Below are positions 17,301 through 25,724 of a DNA stretch of 35,639 bases, piece by piece. This stretch comes from an uncultured Candidatus Peregrinibacteria bacterium (lineage in GTDB: Bacteria > Patescibacteriota > Gracilibacteria > CAIRYL01): NCBI GenBank assembly GCA_903882825.1, contig CAIRYL010000119.1, positions 1 through 35,639 of the forward strand. The letters are read 5' to 3'. Every line of letters starts with the position of its first letter. The stretch's first letter is position 1. Made by a program: the position numbers and the translations under genes. Under the pieces are notes generated by a model. That model was not told the DNA's origin, searched no databases, and was given only the letters and a program-made list of their open reading frames with translations.

Positions 17301-18524
17301 ATGGATATTTTCTTTGGAGTTGTCATTCTTATTGCTCTTGGGGGTATTGGTTGGAAGGTATTTTTTGGCGTTGGGGATACCCATACCGACGAAGAGAAAA
17401 TTCGCCTAGAAGAAGAGAAAAACCGACTTTTTGAGGAAAATATCCGTATAAAAACGGAATTGGAACAAAAATTTTCAGAAATGGGGAAACTATCTGCCGA
17501 GCTAGCAAAAGAACGCGACGAAAAAAACGAAGCGACCGGTAAAAATAAACAACTCTGGGCGCAAAACGAAAAACTTCAAAACAGTGCCGAACATCTTCAA
17601 ACCGAAAATAACGAGGTAAAAAAACACCTTTCCAAATTTGAGGCGGAAAAAGAGCAGAGGGAAAAGGAGTTTTTGGAGAAAATTGAAAAACTCGAGCATT
17701 CCCGAGAAAAGCTCGAAAAAGAGCAACAGCGCGTTATTCGCGAAGATGAAGAGGAACGGAGGCGGGAATTGGAAGAGCGCGATAGACTCTGGAATAACCA
17801 TGAGAATGAGGTTATTGCCCGCCTACGAGAGATTTGCCAACGTCCTGAAATAGGGTTTTCGTGCTTTGATAATAATAATCTTCCAGAAGCATTTGACGGA
17901 AGTTTTAAACCAGATTTTCTGGTAGGATTTTTAGGGCAATATTTGTATTTTGACGCAAAAATTTCCCGTTCGGAAAATTTGCAAACATACCTGAATGCCC
18001 AATTTAAAAGCACGGTTATAAAACTCAAAAAAAATCCGCAAATCTACAAAAATGTGTTTTTTATTGTCCCCACCGAGGCCATTTCTACTCTTAAAAAAAC
18101 GGAAGAAACCTTGGACGGTTATACTTTTTTTGTGGTTTCCCCAGAGGCGCTTTCTGCTATTTTTTCTTCCTATAAGCGCATTACGGAGTATGAAAATATA
18201 GAGGATTTTAGCCCAGAAGAACGGGAAACCATTGTAGAAACGCTCGCACGGTTTGAACATTTTATTCGACACCAAAACACCGCCAATATTTTATTCGCCG
18301 AAAAAGCGTTTGAAGTGTTGGCGGAGAAAAATAATCTTTCTGGAAGTTTTCAAAAAGAGGTTTTTTTAGCCCTGAAAAATATGAAAAGTATAAAATTTAA
18401 AGATTCAGATTTTAAAAAACTGTCCGAAAGTGTAGATGAGCAAAAACAAAGCGTGCAAAAACTTACAACGCCAACAGTTGCGGTTCCTAAAAAAGATTTA
18501 GAGGAAGCGGGGCAACTTTTTTAG
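17301..18524 (+). CDS. rmuC: RmuC-like DNA recombination/nuclease-fold protein with N-terminal TM helix and long coiled coil
   Basis: TM helix (IFFGVVILIALGGIGWKVFF), then about 150 aa of E/K/R-rich heptad-like sequence. The C-terminal domain has a PD-(D/E)xK-like layout: HENEV...KPDFLVGFLGQYLYFDAKISR...VFFIVPTEA...FVVSPEAL, as in the RmuC family. Confidence 0.55.
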   Translation: MDIFFGVVILIALGGIGWKVFFGVGDTHTDEEKIRLEEEKNRLFEENIRIKTELEQKFSEMGKLSAELAKERDEKNEATGKNKQLWAQNEKLQNSAEHLQTENNEVKKHLSKFEAEKEQREKEFLEKIEKLEHSREKLEKEQQRVIREDEEERRRELEERDRLWNNHENEVIARLREICQRPEIGFSCFDNNNLPEAFDGSFKPDFLVGFLGQYLYFDAKISRSENLQTYLNAQFKSTVIKLKKNPQIYKNVFFIVPTEAISTLKKTEETLDGYTFFVVSPEALSAIFSSYKRITEYENIEDFSPEERETIVETLARFEHFIRHQNTANILFAEKAFEVLAEKNNLSGSFQKEVFLALKNMKSIKFKDSDFKKLSESVDEQKQSVQKLTTPTVAVPKKDLEEAGQLF

Positions 18525-18535
18525 AAATTTTATTT

Positions 18536-19585
18536 ATGAAATACTCATATCTCGGAAACACGACGGAAAAAATCAGTAAAATAGGGCTTGGCACTATGAT
18601 GTGGGGAGATCAAGTTCCAGAAGAAGAAGCCATTCTTCAAATGCACTTAGCGCTGGAACATGGCATAAACCTTTGGGATACGGCGGAGATGTATACCATT
18701 CCGGCAAAAAAAGAAACCCAAGGAAATACAGAGAGAATTATTGGAAATTTTTTTGAGAAAAATCCAACGGCGAGAAAAAATGTTTTTCTTGCAACAAAGG
18801 TTTGTGGCAGGGGCGCGAGAAGCATTCCATGGATTCGCGATGGTCAGCATTTTTTAGACGAAAAGAATATTCGATCTGCTGTAGAAGGTTCTTTAAAACG
18901 GCTTAAAACAGATGCCATTGATCTCTATCAAATCCATTGGCCAGATCGGGGAGTTCCTATTTTTGGGAAACGGGTTGGAGATTACCATTTCGAAGAACAG
19001 GGGATTCCTATTGAAGAAACACTTTCCATTCTTACAAGTCTCGTAAGAGAAGGGAAAATTCGGTATATTGGAGTTTCTAATGAAACACCGTGGGGGATGA
19101 TGGAATGGATTATGCTTTCAAAACAAAAAGGATACGAACAAATTGTTTCTATCCAAAATGCGTATAATCTCCTCACTCGCCAATTTGAAGGAGGGCTTTC
19201 TGAAATAGCTCTTCGTGAAAAATGTGGACTCATGGCGTATTCTCCTCTTGCCATGGGAGTACTTTCTGGGAAATATTTAGGGCAAAAAGCTCCAAAAAAT
19301 TCGCGCATGATACTTTTTCCGGAATATGGAAGCCGATACCGTACCTATGGAGCAGAACAGGCAATTCAAGAATACGTAAAAATTGCCCATTATTATGGCT
19401 TGGATCCTGTGCAAATGGCATTAGCTTTTTTGAGTACAAAGCCTTTTATGACGAGTATTCTTGTGGGCGCGACTTCTCAGGAACAACTTTTAAAAAATAT
19501 TAAATCCCTTGATGTTAGACTTTCGCCAGAAGTCATTTCTGCAATAGAAGAGACCTATATGCGGTTTCCAGATCCCTGTGCGTAA
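18536..19585 (+). CDS. NADP(H)-dependent aldo-keto reductase (Tas-like)
   Basis: LGNTTEKISKIGLGTMMWG, INLWDTAEMY, DLYQIHWPD, IRYIGVSNETPWG, IQNAYNLL and PLAMGVLSGKY are canonical AKR blocks. Length is 349 aa. Confidence 0.88.
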   Translation: MKYSYLGNTTEKISKIGLGTMMWGDQVPEEEAILQMHLALEHGINLWDTAEMYTIPAKKETQGNTERIIGNFFEKNPTARKNVFLATKVCGRGARSIPWIRDGQHFLDEKNIRSAVEGSLKRLKTDAIDLYQIHWPDRGVPIFGKRVGDYHFEEQGIPIEETLSILTSLVREGKIRYIGVSNETPWGMMEWIMLSKQKGYEQIVSIQNAYNLLTRQFEGGLSEIALREKCGLMAYSPLAMGVLSGKYLGQKAPKNSRMILFPEYGSRYRTYGAEQAIQEYVKIAHYYGLDPVQMALAFLSTKPFMTSILVGATSQEQLLKNIKSLDVRLSPEVISAIEETYMRFPDPCA

Positions 19586-19590
19586 GCTTT

Positions 19591-20553
19591 TTACTGCATT
19601 GCCTCGAACGCATTCTTCAGCCGTACTGGAGTTTCTTCCTCTGTATCTTCATCTTTGTCGGTGTATTCTTCTTTTATCACCAGATGCCCAAACCGTTCGT
19701 GGTTTTCCTTTTTTGCTAATAATTCCGAAAGATACCAATATCCAAAAACAAGATACAGAGGAAGCCCAAATATAAAAAGTGGTTTTCCAAAAATGGTGAC
19801 ATTGGTTTCTAAAATAAAATCATAAATCCCATGAAGAACAGAGGAAATAACGAGTCCTTCAATAACCATTCTTTCGTAAAACATTTTTGCAGGACGCCAG
19901 TGGAAAATACGATGAAAAAATTCTGCAATATAAAAAGTTTTTCCCTGTTGAATTTTCTTCTTCATGTATGGCTTGGCAAAAAATCCCATTCCATAAAATG
20001 CTCCATAAATTCCGCTACAAAGAATATGAATAAATACCACAAATACCGATCTCATGAGAAATGTTACAAAGAGGTCATCTCCTTGCCCATGTACGATCAG
20101 CATAAAGAAATATCCAATATTTTCCAAAAATGCGAATCCTAAAGCCGAAACAATAGAAAGTTCTATGACATCGTCTACACTCTCAAAAATATTTTTATCT
20201 GCCTGGATAACTGCATAGTGTTTTGCGGTTTCTTCCATAAACCCAACACTTAAAAAAATTAAAAAACTTGCCCAAACCGAATGACTGACAATCCCTCTTA
20301 AATTCTCCTGAAAATCTACTGCTTCTACTTTAAAATACACAAAATTAAAGGTATCTCCCCAAGATGCTTGGTATCCAAGCACCACCAGGGCAGAAAGCAT
20401 TCCAAAAACAAAGGTGAGTCCTACGTATGCTTTTCGCTCAGGATGTTTCCTCAGAAAAATCCAGAGCCATGCAAAGGCAGGAATAAGCGCTAAAAGAATA
20501 CAAGATACAAATTCTACCGGATAGAGTTTTGCCTGTAAAAATACAGAAAGCAT
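19591..20553 (-). CDS. prsW: PrsW-family intramembrane glutamic/metallo-protease
   Basis: Polytopic membrane protein with FMEETAKHYAV (E-E-x-x-K), GFAFLENIGYF and VLHGIYDF motifs typical of PrsW/YpdC-type proteases. It has an acidic C-terminal tail. Confidence 0.75.
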   Translation of the reverse strand: MLSVFLQAKLYPVEFVSCILLALIPAFAWLWIFLRKHPERKAYVGLTFVFGMLSALVVLGYQASWGDTFNFVYFKVEAVDFQENLRGIVSHSVWASFLIFLSVGFMEETAKHYAVIQADKNIFESVDDVIELSIVSALGFAFLENIGYFFMLIVHGQGDDLFVTFLMRSVFVVFIHILCSGIYGAFYGMGFFAKPYMKKKIQQGKTFYIAEFFHRIFHWRPAKMFYERMVIEGLVISSVLHGIYDFILETNVTIFGKPLFIFGLPLYLVFGYWYLSELLAKKENHERFGHLVIKEEYTDKDEDTEEETPVRLKNAFEAMQ

Positions 20554-20698
20554 TGTATAAATATGAAATATGTATGTGTGAGTCAGTTGGAAAATATTTT
20601 TATAAACACCATTTCTCCACTCTTATAATCTTATTATTATAAAATAAATTCAAATAAAAGTAAAGTATTTTCGTTTTTTTATTTTCTCTTATTTCTTA

Positions 20699-20737
20699 AA
20701 AATACCCTCCATTTTTGTATATTTTGAAGGGTATTTT
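20699..20737 (-). terminator. Hairpin terminator downstream of the 589-aa lipoprotein gene
   Basis: aaaataccct / 19-nt loop / agggtatttt gives a 10-bp stem starting 13 nt after the stop at 20750 (minus sense). A/T tracts flank both sides. Confidence 0.45.
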
Positions 20738-20749
20738 ATTTTTCACTTT

Positions 20750-22519
20750 TTATTTTTTTTCTAAAACTCCACCCCATTCTATAACCGTAAATCCTTCTCG
20801 TTTTGGAGTATACATTTCAAATGGTTCCACGGAAATTTTTTCTGAAAGTCCTTTAAAATCCATCAAAATTCTAATAACTGTATCAGGTTTTGGTTCAATA
20901 GTGAGTGGTGCGAGTTGGTTCATGCTTTGTGTTCCTAAAAATGTAACGAAATAGTAAGGAGAATTTTGCATGCGTGGTTCCCAAAATTCTAAAAAGTCCG
21001 CTGTTTCCTTTTCATTTAACCCTAAAACAGAGAGTTTCTCTAAGAGAAAAGAATGTACTTCTTCTTGAGCAATAACCCATCCTTTTTTGGGCGTTTCATA
21101 CAGTCCGCCTCGCCCTTCCCAAAACAAATATGGATATTTTTCACCAGAAGAAATTTCGGTGAGTTCGCCATTTGGTTTTGCCATTACCGTCCATCCATTA
21201 CCGTACTCGGGAATAGAAGCACTCATACCTCCTTGAGGTTCTACTTGTACGGATACTTTTTCTTCTTGTTCGGGATACAGGTAAATAACTGGTTTTCCGC
21301 ATTCTACAGCAGGAATAAACATGGCGTTTTCAAATTTTATAAGTCGACCAAATGGATCTTTCCAGAAAAATACGGGATGAGTGGCAATAAATTCGGGATA
21401 TGGAATTTTTGTTCCTTCGTACACGTTATACTGGTTTTCGTAGATGTATTTGAGAAACGCATTATTGGAATCTTTGAGTTCAAAAATAGGGTCTCCATTA
21501 GTAGCGGTTCCGGTTTGTTTTAGGTCTTTTTCGGCAAAAAATGGGATTTTTGCTTCTCCGGCACTAAACGTATCGGTTACTACAGATGCCAGATTTTTAC
21601 TTCCGCACCCACCGATTTCTTGGTATTTATACTCGTTTTTGTTCTTTACACCTCCCATCCAAGTAACCGCTGGAACTTGTTCTACAATAATAGTCGGAAC
21701 GTATTCATATACTTGAGAAGTGCCATCTTTGAGCGCGAGATAAAAACCACGGGTTGCTCCCGTTGTTGGGATGTAATTATCTCCTTCAAAATAGAGATCT
21801 CCATATGGTTCATACGAAGACATTTTTTTACGAAGTTCTCGGAAATCTGGAGCAGGAATATTTGTAAATGTTTTTTTGAGAAGTATTTTTGAACCATTTT
21901 CCGCTTGGAGTGTAATGGTTTCAGGAGGAAGAAGTTCTGGGATAATGGTTTCTGCATCAAAAGAAAAAGACGCGAAAACACTTTTCCCATTTTCAAGCTT
22001 TTCATTTTTTAAATCAAAGGAATCGTGTTTGCTAAGAATGGTAATTTTTTTATTATTTTCGAGTCCTAAAAATCCAGTAGGACAATTAAACATTTCTGCC
22101 CCTCCTCCCATAATAGTTGCTTGTACAATTTTAAAATCCTTATATTTTCCCTCAGTAAATACTCCTAATTCGGTGTATTCCATAGGATCTCCAGTTTCAA
22201 TTTCCCGTTCTTCCCAACAACCTCCACTGCCTTTTGTTATATTGGGTTTTACACTCGTAAGATCCGGTCTTTCTTTTGGAGTGGAGTTCCAAGTTATGGG
22301 AGAGGGGGAAAGGGGAGTTTTATCCATCACCGTAAATGTTCCAGAAGTTTGAAGAGGACTTGGTGAAGGAGTCTCTGTTGGCGTTGTAGTCGGTGTGGGC
22401 GTTGCGCTTGCCGTAATAATCGTTTTATTTGGCGTTGATTCTGGTGTAATGGCTGTTTGCATGGGATTTTCACATCCTGCAAAAAAAAGCAAAGGAAGGA
22501 GAAAAAGAAGGTTTTTCAT
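20750..22519 (-). CDS. Lipoprotein, function unknown (T/P-rich linker, large C-terminal conserved-looking domain)
   Basis: Lipobox leader MKNLLFLLPLLFFAGC, then a TPTPTTTPTETPSPSP linker. The C-terminal part (KPVIYLYPEQE...YPYLFWEGRG...) looks like a conserved domain that I cannot name. Confidence 0.75.
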   Translation of the reverse strand: MKNLLFLLPLLFFAGCENPMQTAITPESTPNKTIITASATPTPTTTPTETPSPSPLQTSGTFTVMDKTPLSPSPITWNSTPKERPDLTSVKPNITKGSGGCWEEREIETGDPMEYTELGVFTEGKYKDFKIVQATIMGGGAEMFNCPTGFLGLENNKKITILSKHDSFDLKNEKLENGKSVFASFSFDAETIIPELLPPETITLQAENGSKILLKKTFTNIPAPDFRELRKKMSSYEPYGDLYFEGDNYIPTTGATRGFYLALKDGTSQVYEYVPTIIVEQVPAVTWMGGVKNKNEYKYQEIGGCGSKNLASVVTDTFSAGEAKIPFFAEKDLKQTGTATNGDPIFELKDSNNAFLKYIYENQYNVYEGTKIPYPEFIATHPVFFWKDPFGRLIKFENAMFIPAVECGKPVIYLYPEQEEKVSVQVEPQGGMSASIPEYGNGWTVMAKPNGELTEISSGEKYPYLFWEGRGGLYETPKKGWVIAQEEVHSFLLEKLSVLGLNEKETADFLEFWEPRMQNSPYYFVTFLGTQSMNQLAPLTIEPKPDTVIRILMDFKGLSEKISVEPFEMYTPKREGFTVIEWGGVLEKK

Positions 22520-22553
22520 AGAAAAAGAAAAAAAGAAAAAAAAGAATGTTTAT
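22405..22553 (-). repeat. Leader cassette copy A (5' UTR plus lipoprotein signal peptide plus start of linker)
   Basis: About 117 nt (22405-22522), with 7 mismatches by hand alignment to 23212-23329. The similarity continues upstream of the ATG through a polypyrimidine tract to ...aaacat(t). Confidence 0.85.
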
Positions 22554-22555
22554 TG

Positions 22556-23326
22556 TTATTTATCGTATTTTAGTTTGTCTAAAAATGCTTCTCGGAACTC
22601 ACTCGTTAAATCGGTATAATTTACAAAAGAAATTTCTATAACATTAGTATCGGTAGCAAAAAGGTACGAAATACTTGTCTGGTTTTTTGGATCTTGGGGA
22701 TCGTAATGGTCTTGATAACCCTTGTATGCCGATTTAATATATTCTAAAGCAGGAAGTTTTAGGTTTTTTAAAGTTTTTTTGTTTTTTTCAATTGTTACTA
22801 ATTCATCTTTTGATATCGATTTCTGCATTGCTTGATATTGCTGTTTTGGAGTTTTTTTCACATTTTCTTCATAATCGCTGCAATCTGGTTTCTCTGAGGG
22901 GCATGCCCATAATCCAATATCAGTAATGACAATATAGGGCTTGGATCTGTCGTCTGGAACAGAGTAAATATACTGTATAAATGAATTCTCTATATGCCCC
23001 AAACAATCGAGTTTCCATTGTTTGGGGTATGAAAAAGCAATATTTGCAAATTTATAATCAGGGTTAGCAAAACGTGGATTATTGCAAAAGTTTTTATGTG
23101 TTACCTCTACCCATTCTTCGGTCGTTGACGGAATTAAATTATTATTGGTTAAGGGGGTTGAAGAAGGATTTGCAGTTGGTGTAGCTGTAGAAGTAGGTGT
23201 GGAAGGAGTTACGCTTGCCGTAATAATCTTTTTATTTGGCGTTGGTTCTGGTGTAATGGCTGTTTGCATGGGGTTTTCACATCCTGCAAAAAAAAGTAAA
23301 GGAATGAGAAAAAGAATGTTTCTCAT
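22556..23326 (-). CDS. Lipoprotein, function unknown (paralogous leader, unrelated mature domain)
   Basis: MRNILFLIPLLFFAGCENPMQTAITPEPTPNKKIITAS is nearly identical to the N-terminus of the downstream lipoprotein. The mature part (…EEWVEVTHKNFCNNPRFANPDYKF…) is unrelated to it. Confidence 0.75.
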   Translation of the reverse strand: MRNILFLIPLLFFAGCENPMQTAITPEPTPNKKIITASVTPSTPTSTATPTANPSSTPLTNNNLIPSTTEEWVEVTHKNFCNNPRFANPDYKFANIAFSYPKQWKLDCLGHIENSFIQYIYSVPDDRSKPYIVITDIGLWACPSEKPDCSDYEENVKKTPKQQYQAMQKSISKDELVTIEKNKKTLKNLKLPALEYIKSAYKGYQDHYDPQDPKNQTSISYLFATDTNVIEISFVNYTDLTSEFREAFLDKLKYDK

Positions 23327-23347
23327 AAAAAAAGAAAAAATGTTTAT
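23212..23347 (-). repeat. Leader cassette copy B
   Basis: Partner of 22405-22553; see copy A. Confidence 0.85.
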
Positions 23348-23403
23348 AAATACAGTCAGAACCAGGTTACACTTTTTTGCTCAGTATTTGTAATATTCTG
23401 TAA

Positions 23404-25251
23404 TTATTTTTGAATATTTCTAAAAATTTTTACTTTTCCATTTTTTATTTCTTCTTTAAGGCGTTCATCTACTGCTGAGTTTTCTGAATATTGTTTTAAA
23501 AATTTTCTTCGTTCTTCTCCATTTATAATTCGTGCTGAAAAATTTGCATTTCTATAAATTGGGAAAAATGAAACTTCCACAATATCCTTTTTTATCATTA
23601 TTCCGAGAGTGAGCCCAGTGCGTACTTCTTCTGAAAATATTTGGTCAAAGACAAAATTTCCAAGTGAATAAAAAATAGGTTTTCCGTTATATATTTCCAT
23701 TGGTTGTATCACATGTGGGTGATGTCCGATGATCATATCCGCACCGGCATCTATAAACTGTTTTGCGGTTTCTCGTTGAGAAGGGGGAATCCCCGTAAAA
23801 TATTCGGTTCCCCAGTGTGTATATACCATAATAAAATCTACAGAGGGACGAATACGTTTTATTTCTTTTAAAATAGGTTCTGGATCATGCGTAAATAAAT
23901 CATGATATGCTACGAATCCTATTTTTTCGCCTCGAATTTCCTGGATAACTGAAATATTTTGCGTGTTAAAAGGATGTCCAATGGTATGTATTCCTGCAGA
24001 CTCTAAATATTTTTTGGTTTCTTCTAAACGTATTTTTCCAAAATCGAGAGTATGATTATTGGCAATACTTGCCATATTTATGCCGTACTGAAAAAGATTT
24101 TTAGAAAGAGCAGGATCCACGGTAAAATTGGTCATATCTCCCTTTGGAGGGTTTGGAACTTGAGTACTCATAACCCCTTCGTGATTTACAAGTGTTATAT
24201 CTTGTCCGGAGAGGAATCTCTGAAAAAAAGGGTCGATGATAAATTCTACTCCCTTTTTCGCAATGGTTTTGCGGATGTATCGATCCAGCATTATATCTCC
24301 AGTAGCTAAAATACTCATAACCGCGGGAGGTTTTTCGTTTTTATGAAAAGATTTTATAAAATATCCAGTAATATAGCTTGTTGGGAGGCTTTGATCTGGA
24401 TTTTTTATAATTTTTGAAGAATTTGAGTTTTGGAGTATTTCAAATGAGGTATACCCCTTTTCTTTTGCGAGATTTATGAGTGTTTTTAAAATAGGACGTG
24501 AATCATTATCTACTCTTTTTGCGCCTTCGGTATCTAAATTTTGTAAAACCGCCTTACTCAGTTCGTCATGGAAATTTGCAATATCGTTGGTTAAATCATG
24601 AGAAAAATCCATGGATCCAATAATAACCGAGTTTTGTGAGAAATTTTCTGAAAGAAATTTTTGAAGTTTTTGTTCATCTTCTGGTGTCGCGGAATCGTCT
24701 ATTGCTAAAGGAACAACCTGAGCGTTTGGAAAAGATTTTTTAATAAATGCCACTATTCCGGAAATACCATGTTCTGCCTGAATCATATCGTTTGAAATTT
24801 TTGAAAATCCACTTTTTTCTATTATTTTTGTATTTGCTTCTAAAAACCCAAAAGGTGTTTTCCAAGGGCTTATATTTGTAAAAATTGTTTTTCCACCACG
24901 ATGATGATGATTTGGAGAAAGTAAAAAAACAGTTTCTATAGTATCGGAAGAAGCCGTGTGGAGGACTTGTGCAATAAAGTGTGGAGCTAAAAGATGATGA
25001 TTAACAATAAGAATTTGTGGCATTTCTTTTGGTTTTACAACATTCTTTTCTACACTTTTGTAAGCTCCTTCATAAAATTCTTTGTTCATAAAATATGAAA
25101 GAAGATAGATTTTTGGAGGAATCTTTTCTGTATTTTCTGCTACTGGTGGACTTTTTTTTGTTTCAATTAATAAAGGTTTTGAAAGTTTCCACCAAAAAAG
25201 TGCAGTAATAATGACGAGGAATATCAGGAGTAAAATAAGTGTTTTTTTCAT
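23404..25251 (-). CDS. Fusion protein: TM anchor plus MEMO/AmmeMemoRadiSam-B-like domain plus CapA (PGA_cap) metallophosphatase-like domain
   Basis: N-terminal half: ILIVNHHLLAPHF, FLLSPNHHHRG, WKTPFG and EHGISG resemble the MEMO1 family. C-terminal half: ILATGDIMLDR, SIANNHTLDFG, YTHWGTEY, GADMIIGHHPHVIQP and YSLGNFVFDQ are CapA-family blocks. I prefer ATG 25251 (MKKTLILLL), which forms an ATGA overlap with the lspA stop. The ORF-track start at 25278 is possible. Confidence 0.75.
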   Translation of the reverse strand: MKKTLILLLIFLVIITALFWWKLSKPLLIETKKSPPVAENTEKIPPKIYLLSYFMNKEFYEGAYKSVEKNVVKPKEMPQILIVNHHLLAPHFIAQVLHTASSDTIETVFLLSPNHHHRGGKTIFTNISPWKTPFGFLEANTKIIEKSGFSKISNDMIQAEHGISGIVAFIKKSFPNAQVVPLAIDDSATPEDEQKLQKFLSENFSQNSVIIGSMDFSHDLTNDIANFHDELSKAVLQNLDTEGAKRVDNDSRPILKTLINLAKEKGYTSFEILQNSNSSKIIKNPDQSLPTSYITGYFIKSFHKNEKPPAVMSILATGDIMLDRYIRKTIAKKGVEFIIDPFFQRFLSGQDITLVNHEGVMSTQVPNPPKGDMTNFTVDPALSKNLFQYGINMASIANNHTLDFGKIRLEETKKYLESAGIHTIGHPFNTQNISVIQEIRGEKIGFVAYHDLFTHDPEPILKEIKRIRPSVDFIMVYTHWGTEYFTGIPPSQRETAKQFIDAGADMIIGHHPHVIQPMEIYNGKPIFYSLGNFVFDQIFSEEVRTGLTLGIMIKKDIVEVSFFPIYRNANFSARIINGEERRKFLKQYSENSAVDERLKEEIKNGKVKIFRNIQK

Positions 25252-25676
25252 TTTTCTTCTTTTAAAAAGCCTTTCCATAAGAGTATTATTACGCCTAAAA
25301 ATAAAAAAGTATCAGCCATGTTAAATACTGGGAAGTTCCAAATAGCAATAAAATCCGTTACTTTTTGGTATAAAACGCGTTCTATAAAATTTCCAATAGC
25401 TCCGCCTGCAATAAGTGCGCTAGAATATATTTCCCATTTTTTTTGGGGAGGATTTTTATACACAAAAATTCCAGCACCAAAAAATACCAGTGCGGAAATT
25501 CCAATTTGAAGTATTCCTGGAACAGGTACAGAAAAAGCAATTCCACTGTTATAGTGTAATTCTAGTCTTAAACAATTATTTATAATAAAAAAAGGTTGAG
25601 ACAGTTGTTGTTGTGCAAAGAATTTACTGCAAATGTCTACAGCGAAAAAAAATACAGAAAAGAAAAGGAAACGCAT
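25248..25676 (-). CDS. lspA: Lipoprotein signal peptidase II
   Basis: AVDICSKFFA, YNSGIAFS, GGAIGNFIERV and KVTDFIAIWNFPVFNMADTF are LspA blocks. Start is ATG 25676; the ORF-track TTG at 25697 is an alternative. Confidence 0.85.
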   Translation of the reverse strand: MRFLFFSVFFFAVDICSKFFAQQQLSQPFFIINNCLRLELHYNSGIAFSVPVPGILQIGISALVFFGAGIFVYKNPPQKKWEIYSSALIAGGAIGNFIERVLYQKVTDFIAIWNFPVFNMADTFLFLGVIILLWKGFLKEEK

Positions 25677-25724
25677 ATAAAATTGTAAAAAGCTCAAGAA
25701 ATAGATAAAAATTTCTATTTTCCC

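Noticed and set aside
20554-20698. The 145-bp AT-rich spacer upstream of prsW as an ncRNA or riboswitch.
   Set aside because: I found no conserved-looking stems and no recognisable riboswitch core. Composition (more than 75% AT by eye) and position fit a plain promoter region.
22520-22555. The polypurine (A/G) tract between the two lipoprotein genes as a structured regulatory RNA.
   Set aside because: It is 36 nt of simple homopurine sequence (polypyrimidine on the coding strand) with no pairing potential. It is better explained as part of the duplicated leader/UTR cassette.
22405-23347. The pair of near-identical segments (about 117-140 bp) could be a diversity-generating retroelement TR/VR pair.
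   Set aside because: The 7 mismatches are G/T, A/G, C/T and T/C in both directions, not adenine-specific. The repeats cover signal peptides and 5' UTRs rather than a C-terminal lectin-fold variable region. No reverse transcriptase is present in the window.
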